Of a stretch of DNA of 64,000 nucleotides, positions 8,379-17,764 are shown one piece after another; within the stretch, counting starts at the first letter, position 1, and each line of letters starts with the position of its first letter. A program made the position numbers and the translations under genes. The notes beneath the pieces are model-generated. The model had not been told where the DNA came from, made no database searches, and saw nothing but the letters and a program-made list of their open reading frames with translations. This stretch comes from an archaeon. GTDB taxonomy: Archaea; Nanobdellota; Nanobdellia; Woesearchaeales; SM23-78. The DNA lies in NCBI GenBank assembly GCA_043801165.1, contig JAZDMG010000007.1, forward strand, positions 134,155-198,154. Reading direction: 5' to 3'.

Positions 8379-9194
8379 ATGAGATTAAGCAAGGCCAAGA
8401 AAGCTCTTATCATCATCTTTGTACTGGCCCTTGTCATTTTCATGAACTCACGGTGCGCAAGCTACAAAATAACCCATACGTACATAGAGCAGATAAGGCC
8501 TGAGCTGATGCCAGGCGACATTGTTGTCGAGAGGACTGAGTGGCGCCTATCGAACTTTCTCTATCCGGGATTCTGGAAGCACTCATTCATATACACAGGG
8601 ACATTATCTGAGATGGATGGATATTTCAATGGCAGCAAAGTGATCAATGGCTCTGTCTCAGCATACCTCCGAGAGAACATGCCTGAGGTGTATGAAAAAT
8701 ATACCAAGAGCTACGGAGATTATGAAGCTAACATGATAGAGTCAAAGCACTTCCATGTCAGGATAGGCCCGATAGAGGACTATGCGCAGTCAGACTATAT
8801 CGGAGTCATGAGACCGAAGCTTTCAAAGGACGCCAAGCTAAGGGCTGTATTGAAGGCCTTGAGCTTCTCAGGAAAATTCTATGATCTCCTGTTCGATTAT
8901 TCTGACAACAGCACAATCGCATGCTCTGAAGTGGTATATTTTCCCTACAGCAAGAACTATTCTGAAGGAGGGCTTGACCTTAAGCTGGCGAAGGTCCTGT
9001 GGACAGAGGCATTATTGCCCAATGACCTTGTCAGGAAGTATGAGCTTGAGATTGGCGAAGAAGGAGAGCTTGATTTCGTCCTTTTCATCGACAGCGACAA
9101 GGAAAACCTGACAAGAGTAGATGATAAGATTGCCTTCATGAAGTCGTGGCAGAGGGAATCAATCACAATGGTATATGCCTCCTGCTATAAATGA
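8379..9194 (+). CDS. Hypothetical membrane-anchored protein (weak resemblance to YiiX-type permuted papain fold)
   Basis: 271 aa with an N-terminal TM. PGDIVV...W.HSFIYTG gives only a weak family hint. Confidence 0.5.
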   Translation: MRLSKAKKALIIIFVLALVIFMNSRCASYKITHTYIEQIRPELMPGDIVVERTEWRLSNFLYPGFWKHSFIYTGTLSEMDGYFNGSKVINGSVSAYLRENMPEVYEKYTKSYGDYEANMIESKHFHVRIGPIEDYAQSDYIGVMRPKLSKDAKLRAVLKALSFSGKFYDLLFDYSDNSTIACSEVVYFPYSKNYSEGGLDLKLAKVLWTEALLPNDLVRKYELEIGEEGELDFVLFIDSDKENLTRVDDKIAFMKSWQRESITMVYASCYK

Positions 9195-9289
9195 TGACTA
9201 TTTCTAGGTTGGACAGGCAGTCGTAAACTATATAAATAACCCATTTGTCTAGTCCGATAGTATAAGTTCATGCTAAGAGGGTGATTTCA

Positions 9290-11920
9290 ATGGCAAAGAA
9301 GAAATTCGTCTATTATTTCTCAGAAGGAGATAAGTCAATGAAAGAATTGCTTGGCGGCAAAGGCGCTAATCTTGCTGAGATGACCAAGCTGGGGATTCCT
9401 GTCCCTCCGGGATTTACCATCACAACTGAAAGCTGCGCCTATTACAGCAAGGAGAAGAAATGGCCTGCTGAGCTCGAGGGAGAGATCAAGAAGAGCATCG
9501 AGAGGCTTGAGAAGGAGATGAAGGCAGCCTTTGATGACAAGAAGAACCCATTGATGGTCTCTGTCAGGAGCGGTGCTGCTTCTTCGATGCCCGGGATGAT
9601 GGACACGATATTGAATCTAGGGATTAATGATTCTACTGTTCTTGTCATGGCTGAGAAGTCAGGCAATGAAAGATTCTCCTGGGATTCCTATAGGCGATTC
9701 ATACAGATGTTCGGAGACGTCGTAATGGGCGTTGAGCATAGGCTCTTCGAGGAAGTCATGGAGAACGCGAAGGAGACCAAGGGAGTCAAGTATGACACTG
9801 ACCTTGATGCCTCTGACATGAAAAAGATAGTTGAGAAGTATAAGGCTGTTGTGAAGAAGCATGCTGGCAAGGACTTCCCGCAAAAGCCATGGGATCAACT
9901 GAAATTGTCGATTAACGCTGTGTTCGACTCATGGAACAACGAACGAGCGATAACCTACAGGAAATTAAACCACATACAGGGATTATTGGGGACTGCTGTT
10001 AATATCCAGGCGATGGTCTTCGGAAACATGGGAGAGACGTCAGGCACAGGAGTATGCTTCTCAAGGAACCCGTCAACAGGAGAGAATGCTTTCTACGGAG
10101 AATACCTGATGAACGCCCAGGGAGAGGATGTTGTCGCAGGCATAAGGACGCCATTGCACATCAATGAGCTGAAGAAGAGCATGCCCAAGCAATACGCTGA
10201 GCTTGTCAAGATAAGGGATGACCTTGAGAAGCACTACAAGGACATGCAGGACATGGAGTTCACGATACAGGAAGGAAAGCTGTACATGCTGCAGACACGT
10301 AACGGAAAAAGGACTGCACAGGCAGCCGTCAAGATAGCAGTCGACATGGTAAAGGAGAAGCTCATCGACGAGAAGACAGCAATCCTTCGCGTCAACCCTG
10401 AACAGCTTGACCAATTATTGCACAAGACCATTGATCCTGTGGCCAGGAAAAAAGCAAAGCTGATAGCCAAAGGCCTGCCTGCATCGCCAGGAGCAGTAGT
10501 CGGAAGCATCGTGTTTAACGCTGAGAGAGCTGTTGAGCTCGCTGAACGCGGAGAGAAACTGGTGTTGGTAAGGACAGAGACAAGCCCAGAAGACATCAAG
10601 GGAATGAACGCAGCACAGGGAATACTGACTGCCCGCGGAGGAATGACTTCCCACGCAGCAGTTGTCGCCCGAGGAATGGGCAAATGCTGCGTAAGCGGAT
10701 GCAGCGAGATAAAGGTGAAAGAGGAAGAGAAGAAACTGCTGATCAGTGGAGTGATATACAATGAAGGAGACTTCCTGACACTTGACGGTTCAACTGGAGA
10801 AGTGTTTGAAGGAAAGATACCATTGGTCGATCCTTCACTTAGCGGAGACTTTGGTGTGCTTATGAAATGGGCTGACAGCTATAGAAAACTGAAAGTCAGG
10901 ACCAACGCAGACACACCGAACGATGCCCGCGTCGCAAGAGGATTCGGAGCAGAAGGAATTGGCCTTTGCAGGACTGAGCACATGTTCTTCGAGGGCGACA
11001 GGATAAAAGCAGTGCGAGAGATGATTGTTGCCTCTGACCTTGGCGGAAGAAGAATTGCCCTTGCTAAGCTATTGCCTATGCAGAGAGGAGACTTCATAGG
11101 GTTATTTACTGAGATGAAAGGATTGCCTGTCACCATCAGATTGCTTGACCCTCCTTTGCATGAATTTTTACCTCATGAAGAGGAAGACATCGTTGAGCTG
11201 GCTGCTGAGATGAAGATATCTGTTGAAAAGATAAAATCCAAGATCGAAGAGCTGCATGAGTTCAACCCAATGCTAGGACATCGAGGATGCAGGTTGGGGA
11301 TAATATTCCCTGAGATATCTGAGATGCAGGCAAGGGCCATCTTTGAAGCTGCTGCTGAAGTGAAGAAGAAAGGCATCGACGCCAAGCCAGAAGTAATGGT
11401 TCCTTTGGTCGGGATTGTCCGCGAGCTTAAATTGCAGAAGGACTTGATCATCAGAGTGGCTGAAGAAGTTATGAAAGAGAAGAAAGTCAAGATAGAATAT
11501 ACTATCGGGACGATGATAGAGGTGCCCAGGGCAGCCATCACTGCTGACGAGATAGCTACTGAAGCTGATTTCTTTTCTTTCGGGACCAATGACCTGACCC
11601 AGATGGGATTAGGGCTTTCTAGGGATGACGCTGGAAAGTTCCTTGGCAAATACGTTGACATGGGAATATATGCGCGTGACCCATTCCAAGCTTTGGACCA
11701 AGCTGGCGTTGGTGAGCTGATGAAGATAGCAGTGGCCAAGGGAAGGAAGGTAAAGCCTAAGCTGAAATGCGGAATATGCGGAGAGCACGGAGGAGAGCCA
11801 TCCTCGGTTGAGTTCTGCCATCGCATCGGACTGGATTATGTAAGCTGTTCACCTTACCGAGTGCCTATCGCACGGCTGGCTGCTGCTCATGCGGTGCTGA
11901 AAGAAGCCAAGAAGAAGTAG
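9290..11920 (+). CDS. ppdK: Pyruvate, phosphate dikinase
   Basis: [25 protein letters not shown] (phospho-His loop), the C-terminal PEP-utilising TIM-barrel motif [11 protein letters not shown] and [12 protein letters not shown] 9290 is preferred over GTG 9281. Confidence 0.95.
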   Translation: MAKKKFVYYFSEGDKSMKELLGGKGANLAEMTKLGIPVPPGFTITTESCAYYSKEKKWPAELEGEIKKSIERLEKEMKAAFDDKKNPLMVSVRSGAASSMPGMMDTILNLGINDSTVLVMAEKSGNERFSWDSYRRFIQMFGDVVMGVEHRLFEEVMENAKETKGVKYDTDLDASDMKKIVEKYKAVVKKHAGKDFPQKPWDQLKLSINAVFDSWNNERAITYRKLNHIQGLLGTAVNIQAMVFGNMGETSGTGVCFSRNPSTGENAFYGEYLMNAQGEDVVAGIRTPLHINELKKSMPKQYAELVKIRDDLEKHYKDMQDMEFTIQEGKLYMLQTRNGKRTAQAAVKIAVDMVKEKLIDEKTAILRVNPEQLDQLLHKTIDPVARKKAKLIAKGLPASPGAVVGSIVFNAERAVELAERGEKLVLVRTETSPEDIKGMNAAQGILTARGGMTSHAAVVARGMGKCCVSGCSEIKVKEEEKKLLISGVIYNEGDFLTLDGSTGEVFEGKIPLVDPSLSGDFGVLMKWADSYRKLKVRTNADTPNDARVARGFGAEGIGLCRTEHMFFEGDRIKAVREMIVASDLGGRRIALAKLLPMQRGDFIGLFTEMKGLPVTIRLLDPPLHEFLPHEEEDIVELAAEMKISVEKIKSKIEELHEFNPMLGHRGCRLGIIFPEISEMQARAIFEAAAEVKKKGIDAKPEVMVPLVGIVRELKLQKDLIIRVAEEVMKEKKVKIEYTIGTMIEVPRAAITADEIATEADFFSFGTNDLTQMGLGLSRDDAGKFLGKYVDMGIYARDPFQALDQAGVGELMKIAVAKGRKVKPKLKCGICGEHGGEPSSVEFCHRIGLDYVSCSPYRVPIARLAAAHAVLKEAKKK

Positions 11921-11955
11921 AGCATCTTGTTAAAATTATTTATTTTTCTGGTTTT

Positions 11956-11998
11956 ACAGGGAATTTGAGACTGATTACTATGAGACTGAATCAAATTC
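11956..11998 (+). repeat. Hairpin repeat family, copy M
   Basis: acaggGAATTTGA-(22 nt)-TCAAATTC. It lies between the convergent ends of ppdK and the RHH gene, and its 3' arm overlaps the last codons of 11978..12214. Confidence 0.7.
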
Positions 11999-12214
11999 TT
12001 TTCGCATGGATTGCTCTATCCTTGCGCTCATGTTATAGCCTTTCTCCCTGCATAGCTTCTGGAATCTCGAAGCCACAGCCTTGTCAACTGTGAAGTTCAT
12101 CCTGGTCTTGGTCCTGATCTTCTTGGTCTTCTCGAACTCCATCAAAGTCTCGAACATGGTCTTGTCGTTCTTGGCTATATCTTTCGCTATCCTAATGAAC
12201 TTGCTTGATTGCAT
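11978..12214 (-). CDS. RHH-type antitoxin partner of Doc
   Basis: 78 aa. The C-terminal MNFTVDKAVASRFQKLCREKGYNMSARIEQSMRKE fits strand-helix-helix. It overlaps the Doc gene by 23 nt. Confidence 0.6.
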   Translation of the reverse strand: MQSSKFIRIAKDIAKNDKTMFETLMEFEKTKKIRTKTRMNFTVDKAVASRFQKLCREKGYNMSARIEQSMRKEFDSVS

Positions 12215-12542
12215 CCTTGATCAACTCCTCTATCCTGTTTATGCTTGTTATGTTCTTGAGGATTATGCTCTTTATCAGCTTGACTATCCGGTCGTCATAG
12301 GTCTTGCATCCCTCATACTCGGCGTAGGCTTTTATCAGCAACGCGGTGGTCCTCTTGTTGCCTTCCTCAAAGACATGGTCTAATAGTATAGCCCTTGTGA
12401 GCCAGGCCAATGCCTTGGTCCAGTTCTCGGTCTTCTTGGCATAGCCTAGTGCGAACTCAAGGCTTGCCTCGTTGTGAAGCGTTCCTGTGTCGAACTCCTG
12501 GTTCAGGCATACGATATCCTTCTTTGAAAGCACAAATCTCAT
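12192..12542 (-). CDS. Fic/Doc family toxin
   Basis: HVFEEGNKRTTALL matches the Fic/Doc motif H.F.(D/E)GN.R. Confidence 0.8.
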   Translation of the reverse strand: MRFVLSKKDIVCLNQEFDTGTLHNEASLEFALGYAKKTENWTKALAWLTRAILLDHVFEEGNKRTTALLIKAYAEYEGCKTYDDRIVKLIKSIILKNITSINRIEELIKDAIKQVH

Positions 12543-12547
12543 TTTAA

Positions 12548-12575
12548 ATACACATTTGTGTGTATAAATGTGTAT
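12548..12575. promoter_or_regulatory. Operator-like repeats in the Doc operon promoter
   Basis: ATACACA (12548-12554) and TGTGTAT (12559-12565) form an inverted repeat. A direct copy TGTGTAT sits at 12569-12575, interleaved with A/T boxes. Confidence 0.35.
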
Positions 12576-12633
12576 TGATATTTAAATGTTATTGATTTTC
12601 CGAGACGATGTCTCGGAATTGTTGGATTACACC

Positions 12634-12668
12634 TATTTAAATAGGCTGCGCCGAGCTGTCCAGTGAGC
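12634..12668 (+). promoter_or_regulatory. Conserved TATA-linked core module, copy A
   Basis: tatttaaataggctgcgccgagctgtccagtgagc. Confidence 0.6.
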
Positions 12669-12769
12669 ATATGCCTTATCAGGGGATCTTATGGATGGCA
12701 AATACATTTATAAGCAGATACAGGCTCTCAGGATCATAAACAGTGTAATGATGTTTATGCAGGTGCAAC

Positions 12770-13159
12770 ATGCGAGAATTTAATAAAACAGGCAGTTTTG
12801 GAAGAAGAGACTCTGATGGTCCTAAAAGAAGAAGCTACGGCAGGTCAGAGAGCCGCGATTTTGACAGGCCCAGCAGGCCTGAAGGAAGATTTGACGGGCC
12901 CAGAAGCAGGAATACAGGGCTTGAGCTGCATAAAGCAGTCTGTGCTAAATGCGGCGAGAGCTGCGAAGTCCCATTCAGGCCATCAAATAACAAGCCTGTC
13001 TATTGCCGGGAATGCTTCAAAAAGAACGAAGGCAGCAGATTTGAGCCAAGAGAAAAGCCCAATGACCGCCCAGAAGCCAGAGCCAACCCTTCCCCTGATG
13101 AATTTGAGAAGATCAACAGGAAGCTAGACAGGATAATGAAATCATTGAATATCGAATGA
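12770..13159 (+). CDS. CxxC-x17-CxxC zinc-ribbon protein with Arg/Asp/Gly-rich N-terminus
   Basis: CAKC-(17 aa)-CREC counted by hand. The flanks are low-complexity and basic. Confidence 0.7.
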   Translation: MREFNKTGSFGRRDSDGPKRRSYGRSESRDFDRPSRPEGRFDGPRSRNTGLELHKAVCAKCGESCEVPFRPSNNKPVYCRECFKKNEGSRFEPREKPNDRPEARANPSPDEFEKINRKLDRIMKSLNIE

Positions 13160-13185
13160 TCATTCTTTTTAATGTTATTTCTATG

Positions 13186-13227
13186 CCAGGGAATTTGAAT
13201 TGAGTTCTTACGAAGCGCGTCAAATTC
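13186..13227 (+). repeat. Hairpin repeat family, copy L
   Basis: ccaggGAATTTGA-(21 nt)-TCAAATTC, between convergent gene ends. Confidence 0.7.
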
Positions 13228-13230
13228 AGA

Positions 13231-13455
13231 TCAAAACTTCTTTCCAGTCTCGGACTTTATCTTTTTATTGAAGTCCTCGACGTCCTGCTTCGTGAGCTTG
13301 CTCTTCTCCAGAAGCTCTTTTTTATTTCGTCCTAATTCTATGAATAGGAGCTCTGGCGCCAAAGGCTCAATGCTTTCTGAGAACAATAGCTCTGCAGACT
13401 TTCCTCTTGCTAGGAGCGCTGCGAACAATACATTGGCATCGACGACCACTTTCAT
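13231..13455 (-). CDS. Truncated PIN-like toxin (74 aa)
   Basis: MKVVVDANVLFAALL is a PIN N-terminal acidic motif. The ORF stops well short of a full PIN domain. The upstream gene abuts it as TGA-ATG. Confidence 0.5.
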   Translation of the reverse strand: MKVVVDANVLFAALLARGKSAELLFSESIEPLAPELLFIELGRNKKELLEKSKLTKQDVEDFNKKIKSETGKKF

Positions 13456-13695
13456 TCATTTCAGACCTGGAAATTTCTTCTTGTATTGCCTGTGCATAGA
13501 AGAAGAGAGCTTGTCGGCCATCTTTTTTGCGTCTGCTTCAGTCAATTTGCTCTTAGACACTATTGACTTGAACATGGAAAGCGCCGTGATCTTCTCCCGT
13601 ATCGCCTCCCTTGCTACAGCAGACCAATTTATGTATTCCAACTCATCCATCTCCTTCTTCAAATCCTCAGGCACTGACAACGTTATTGTCGGCAT
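13456..13695 (-). CDS. Putative antitoxin
   Basis: 79 aa. MPTITLSVPEDLKKEMDEL...WSAVAREAIREKI is RHH/VapB-like. It lies directly upstream of the PIN-like ORF. Confidence 0.55.
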   Translation of the reverse strand: MPTITLSVPEDLKKEMDELEYINWSAVAREAIREKITALSMFKSIVSKSKLTEADAKKMADKLSSSMHRQYKKKFPGLK

Positions 13696-13786
13696 AGTCT
13701 TACCTCCGCATTCAAATATTTAAAACTGTGTAAACAGCGTAAATATTTAAATGTTTTGGCTCGATAATAATTACTGATAAGCTTAG

Positions 13787-13837
13787 CTTAAATAGGCTGC
13801 GTCAGGCCGTCCAGTGAGACCTGTGGTCATTTAGGGG
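13787..13837 (+). promoter_or_regulatory. Conserved TATA-linked module, copy B (long form, followed by a collapsed hairpin remnant)
   Basis: cttaaataggctgcgtcaggccgtccagtgagacctgtggtcatttagggg, followed by gaattgtcggaag, which matches the hairpin flanks with the hairpin interior missing. Confidence 0.6.
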
Positions 13838-13923
13838 AATTGTCGGAAGAATTTCGGAATCAAGATGGTCTTTGCGAAAATCGTTGGCCTGATTATATGA
13901 AGATGCTCTCTTATCTATGATGC

Positions 13924-14337
13924 ATGACCCGATACTATATCGATGCCTGCGTCTGGAGAGACTACTTCGAGGATAGGCGTGACAATCTCAGGCCATTGGG
14001 AGAATGGGCATTCCAGCTGCTGAGGAAGATAGTCGATGAAGAGGATGTTGTTGTTATCAGCGATAACCTGCTCAACGAGTTCAGGAAATATTATGATGAG
14101 GAAAAGATCATCAGGATGCTCAGCATAATTCCGGAAGAGCTAATCCTCAGGGTGAATGATGAAAGCCGGCAGCTGCTAGAAGCCAGGGAGCTGAGCAAGA
14201 AGTTCAGCATACACCGGTCAGATGCGTTGCATCTGGCCCTGGCATTGCTTAATGATGCGGTGCTAGTGACTAGAGATGCTCATTTCAAGGAGCTGAAGAA
14301 TGAGTATGATATCTGTGCGCCGGAAGAACTAATCTAA
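13924..14337 (+). CDS. PIN-domain toxin (VapC-like)
   Basis: MTRYYIDACVWRDYFED... with late-domain acidic residues (SDALHLALA, TRDAHF). Paralogue of 25976..26401. Confidence 0.75.
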   Translation: MTRYYIDACVWRDYFEDRRDNLRPLGEWAFQLLRKIVDEEDVVVISDNLLNEFRKYYDEEKIIRMLSIIPEELILRVNDESRQLLEARELSKKFSIHRSDALHLALALLNDAVLVTRDAHFKELKNEYDICAPEELI

Positions 14338-14592
14338 TTTGACCCCTAACCTTTTGGCTGTCTCGTTAAAGACCATCTCTCCGACTTCTTCCTCACTGAG
14401 CTTGCATTTGCTCTTCAAAGTGCCCTTTGCCGCGGCAAGCTTTGCGATGATCTCATCCTTTTCCAAACGGGAGAGCCTTGACCTTATGGCGTCCCTTATG
14501 AACTCGGTGCGAGTGCTGAAATTATGCTTCTTTAAGACTGAGTCGATGTTCTTTAGCATCTGCTCATCAAGCTTCAGGGAGATAACTTCCAT
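14329..14592 (-). CDS. CopG/RHH-family protein (antitoxin-like), convergent with the PIN gene
   Basis: MEVISLKLDEQMLKNIDSVLKKHNFSTRTEFIRDAIRSRL. ATG 14592 is preferred over the track start 14613. Paralogue of 25717..25998. Confidence 0.7.
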   Translation of the reverse strand: MEVISLKLDEQMLKNIDSVLKKHNFSTRTEFIRDAIRSRLSRLEKDEIIAKLAAAKGTLKSKCKLSEEEVGEMVFNETAKRLGVKLD

Positions 14593-14593
14593 G

Positions 14594-14620
14594 GTAATAC
14601 TTAGTATATACAAAGTAATA
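14594..14620 (-). promoter_or_regulatory. Operator-like TATTAC repeats
   Basis: gtaata occurs at 14594-14599 and 14615-14620 (21-nt spacing) flanking the palindrome gtatatac, between TATA-like tttaaatat and the ATG. Confidence 0.35.
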
Positions 14621-14667
14621 TTTAAAGGTTGCGGCGGGGAAGACGGAAGGATTGCGTACCGAGAATC

Positions 14668-15426
14668 CTACAATTTCATCCTGTTGAAAGCCCAGGTCCC
14701 TACCGCTATCAGCACTAGGTCAAAGCCGAGGATGATTAATAAGTTTGAGATGAATGACATTGATGATGCGTGGATTATTATGCTTCTAAGGCCATCGACT
14801 GCATAGGTGGCTGGGTTTATGTGTGTGAGGATCTGCATCCAGTGGGGAAGCTTGTCCAATGGATAAAGAGCTCCTGACAACAGGAATAATGGGTATACTG
14901 CGAAGCTTGCCACCAGGCCGAATCCTTCTGGGCTCTCCATGAAAGAGCCGATTATTAATCCAAGGCTGACAAGGCCAATCGCTAATACGAATAGCATTAC
15001 TATTGTCAATAGGAAGCTGGCTACTGTGAACGGTATGCCAAGGAATATGCCTATCACCATGAGGATTCCTGCTTGGACTAAAGAGTCTGTCATGCAGCCG
15101 AGGACTTTTCCGAAAAAGATTGTGGTTCTTGAGAGAGGAGTGACCAGCACTCCTTTGAGGAAGTCGACTTTCTTATCCCAGACAAGATAGGCTCCGTTGA
15201 ACAATGAGCTGAAGATTATGGTCATGGCAAGGAAGCCTGGGAATATGAAATATTCATAGTTGCCTGGCATGGTGGTGATAGATCCTACTCCTTTGCCGAA
15301 GATGAAGTACCAGAACAGCGGGAGGAATAGGGCTGAAATGATCCTGCTTTTCTCTCTTAGGAATACCTTTATCTCCCTGTACCATATGGCGTATATTCCC
15401 TTTGCGATCTTTCTTGCTTTGCTCAT
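14668..15426 (-). CDS. ABC-2 type transporter permease
   Basis: 252 aa with six hydrophobic segments. It overlaps the upstream ATPase gene by 4 nt. Confidence 0.8.
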   Translation of the reverse strand: MSKARKIAKGIYAIWYREIKVFLREKSRIISALFLPLFWYFIFGKGVGSITTMPGNYEYFIFPGFLAMTIIFSSLFNGAYLVWDKKVDFLKGVLVTPLSRTTIFFGKVLGCMTDSLVQAGILMVIGIFLGIPFTVASFLLTIVMLFVLAIGLVSLGLIIGSFMESPEGFGLVASFAVYPLFLLSGALYPLDKLPHWMQILTHINPATYAVDGLRSIIIHASSMSFISNLLIILGFDLVLIAVGTWAFNRMKL

Positions 15427-16388
15427 TTTCCTGCGTTGGTATATGTCCTTAACTGCTCTATCAAGCCGCCTTCCTGCTCCCTTATCTCATGGCCTGTGTA
15501 TTTCAAGAAGACGTCGTTGAGGTCTGGAGAATGGATGTCAACTGAATCCACCTCACCTGCTACTTGTAATAGCTTTTGAAGGTTCTTCGCTGAATTTTCC
15601 ACTGTTAGCTGTAAAGAGTTCTCTGACTTAATGATCTTTTTTACGAATGGTAATGATTTCAATTGGTCTATCCTGAGATTTTTTCCTTTGAGGATGATTA
15701 CGTCTCCCTTCATGGCTTTCTTTAGGTTCTCAGGAGAGTCCAAGGCGATGATTTTTCCATGGTCGATTATGGCTATCCTGTCGCACAAGTTTTCTGCCTC
15801 TTCCATGTAATGGGTTGTCAATATTATCGTCATGTTCATGGTCTTTGCCAATAGCTCAATGTATTTCCAGATGCGATTTCTTGTTTGAGGGTCTAATCCT
15901 AGGGTTGGCTCGTCTAGGAAGAGGATTTCTGGCTGGTGCAATAGTCCTCTTGCTATCTCCATCCTGCGCCTCATACCGCCTGAATACTTCTTGACTATAT
16001 CGTTCTTCCTTGGCTTGAGGTCGACTAGCTCTAAGACTTCGTCTATCTTCTTGTCTATGAGCTTTAACGGGATGTCATACATCAATGCGTGGAGCTTAAG
16101 ATTCTCGTAGCCGGTTAGCAATTCATCTGAACTAGGGTCCTGGAAGACCATACCGACAGACTCACGGACCTTGGCAGGGTCTTTGGTGACGTCGAAGTTG
16201 TTTACTGAGGCTTTGCCTGAAGTTGGCTTCAAGAGAGTTGAGAGCATCATCAAGGTTGTTGTCTTTCCAGCTCCGTTAGGGCCCAGAAGACCGAAGATCT
16301 CGCCCTTCTTGATGCTGAAGCTGATCTTATTCACAGCTGTTAATTTATCGTACTTCTTAGTGAGATTAACGATACGGATAGCGTCCAT
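15423..16388 (-). CDS. ABC transporter ATP-binding protein
   Basis: Walker A GPNGAGKTT, signature SGGMRRR, Walker B ILFLDEP. ATG 16388 (MDAIRIVNL) is preferred, because the track start 16457 runs into repeat copy D. Confidence 0.9.
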   Translation of the reverse strand: MDAIRIVNLTKKYDKLTAVNKISFSIKKGEIFGLLGPNGAGKTTTLMMLSTLLKPTSGKASVNNFDVTKDPAKVRESVGMVFQDPSSDELLTGYENLKLHALMYDIPLKLIDKKIDEVLELVDLKPRKNDIVKKYSGGMRRRMEIARGLLHQPEILFLDEPTLGLDPQTRNRIWKYIELLAKTMNMTIILTTHYMEEAENLCDRIAIIDHGKIIALDSPENLKKAMKGDVIILKGKNLRIDQLKSLPFVKKIIKSENSLQLTVENSAKNLQKLLQVAGEVDSVDIHSPDLNDVFLKYTGHEIREQEGGLIEQLRTYTNAGK

Positions 16389-16443
16389 TGAGCTGAGAAA
16401 GAACGAAGGGGTTTTTAAAGGTATTGAAGCTGAAATCAGTTGA

Positions 16444-16487
16444 CAGGGCTTTCGCACATCAGCTCTTACGAGGAAGAAGGCGAAAGC
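16444..16487 (+). repeat. Hairpin repeat family, copy D
   Basis: caggGCTTTCGC-(24 nt)-GCGAAAGC. Confidence 0.7.
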
Positions 16488-16499
16488 TGTAGGATTAGA

Positions 16500-17507
16500 T
16501 TATTCCAGCAGCCTATTGAGGCTCTGCCTCAGCTCATCCTTATCTGGCAGATAAAGCTTGTATTTTGAGGCGAATATCTGCTTATTATCCTCTGGCAAAG
16601 TGTATCTCACAACAGACTCTTTCTTGTCTGCGCACAGGAGGATTCCCACGGTCGGATTTTCCTCTTTTGATCTCAGTTCCCGGTCATAATAGTTCACATA
16701 CATCTGCATCTGCCCCAGGTCCTTATGGGTGAGCTTTCCGACCTTCAGGTCTATCAGCACAAAACATCTCAAAATCCGGTTATAGAACACCAAATCCACG
16801 AAAAAATGCTCTGAGTCCAAAGTCATCCTCTGCTGCCTTCCGACAAACATGAACCCTCTCCCAAGCTCAAGCAGGAACTTCTGCAGATGATCAATCAGCT
16901 TCTGCTCCAGTTCGCTCTCTGAGTATTTGCTTGATTCCTCAAGACCTAGGAATTCAAGGACATAAGGGTCTTTTATCAGGTCACCGGCCTTTTCTGTGAC
17001 CCGCCCCTTTTTCGAAAGCTCCAAGACCCCTTTCTTGTCCTTGCTCAAAGCGATCCTATGGAATAACATTGAGTTTATCTGCCTATCCAGCTCCCTGACA
17101 GACCACCTATCCCGGATGCATTGCTTTTCATAAAATGACCTCTCTAGGCTATCATCTAACCTTAAAAACAGCATGTAATGGCTCCAGCTCAATTCGTCAG
17201 ACACTGTCTGCCGATTCGGATAATTCAGATAGAACCTGCGCATATCAAGGATGTTTCTTATGCTAAAACCTTTACCATGGCGCAAGCTTAAATCCTTAGA
17301 TAAGTTGGCTAGAAGCTGAGAGCCATACTCTGCCCGCTCTTTGCCACCCTGCTCGTACTCTATGATTATTTTTCCTATTTCCCAATAGGTCCTGACAAGG
17401 ATGGAGTTGACTGCAGTGGCTGCCTGCTTCCTGCCATCCTCCAGCAAGACGCCTATGGAATCGACTAATGAACCATAACCCGTGCTCTTTACCGGAGGCT
17501 GTTTCAT
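16500..17507 (-). CDS. DUF1016/YhcG-like PD-(D/E)xK nuclease family protein
   Basis: FVDLVFYNRILRCFVLIDLKVGKLTHKDLGQMQMYVNYY resembles the YhcG nuclease core. ATG 17507 lies 25 nt from the TATA at 17532-17538. Confidence 0.7.
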   Translation of the reverse strand: MKQPPVKSTGYGSLVDSIGVLLEDGRKQAATAVNSILVRTYWEIGKIIIEYEQGGKERAEYGSQLLANLSKDLSLRHGKGFSIRNILDMRRFYLNYPNRQTVSDELSWSHYMLFLRLDDSLERSFYEKQCIRDRWSVRELDRQINSMLFHRIALSKDKKGVLELSKKGRVTEKAGDLIKDPYVLEFLGLEESSKYSESELEQKLIDHLQKFLLELGRGFMFVGRQQRMTLDSEHFFVDLVFYNRILRCFVLIDLKVGKLTHKDLGQMQMYVNYYDRELRSKEENPTVGILLCADKKESVVRYTLPEDNKQIFASKYKLYLPDKDELRQSLNRLLE

Positions 17508-17530
17508 GATCAATTGACTAGAAGGATGCG

Positions 17531-17581
17531 CTTAAATAGGCTGCGCCAGGCTGACTAGTGAGACCTGTGGTTATTTACGGG
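17531..17581 (+). promoter_or_regulatory. Conserved TATA-linked module, copy C (long form)
   Basis: cttaaataggctgcgccaggctgactagtgagacctgtggttatttacggg. Confidence 0.6.
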
Positions 17582-17643
17582 ACTTAGGGAAGACCGAAGC
17601 CACAGCGAAGATCGCAGTGGCGATGGCTAACTGAACCTTTCGG

Positions 17644-17688
17644 CAGGGCTTTCGCAGTTGATTCTCACGAAGAGGGCGAAAGCGGAAG
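17644..17688 (+). repeat. Hairpin repeat family, copy C
   Basis: caggGCTTTCGC-(20 nt)-GCGAAAGCggaag, 62 nt downstream of module copy C. Confidence 0.7.
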
Positions 17689-17764
17689 GATTCACAGATT
17701 CTTGGATATTATTCCGAAAAATCCTTGGCCGGTTATATTAATGAGCTTCTGCCCGCAGTTCTTT

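Noticed and set aside
9442-11826. Multiple antisense ORFs inside ppdK. Similar shadow ORFs occur inside dus (4915..5528), htpX, alaS, pncB and the beta-propeller gene.
   Set aside because: They are fully embedded in strongly supported genes, have odd composition, and show no promoter or start context.
16389-16457. N-terminal extensions given by the ORF track (ABC ATPase from 16457, HEPN from TTG 17702, DUF1016 from TTG 17513, membrane-anchored protein from 60421).
   Set aside because: The extensions run into repeat elements or a neighbouring gene. Internal ATG codons sit 20-27 nt downstream of A/T boxes, matching the leaderless pattern seen elsewhere in the window.
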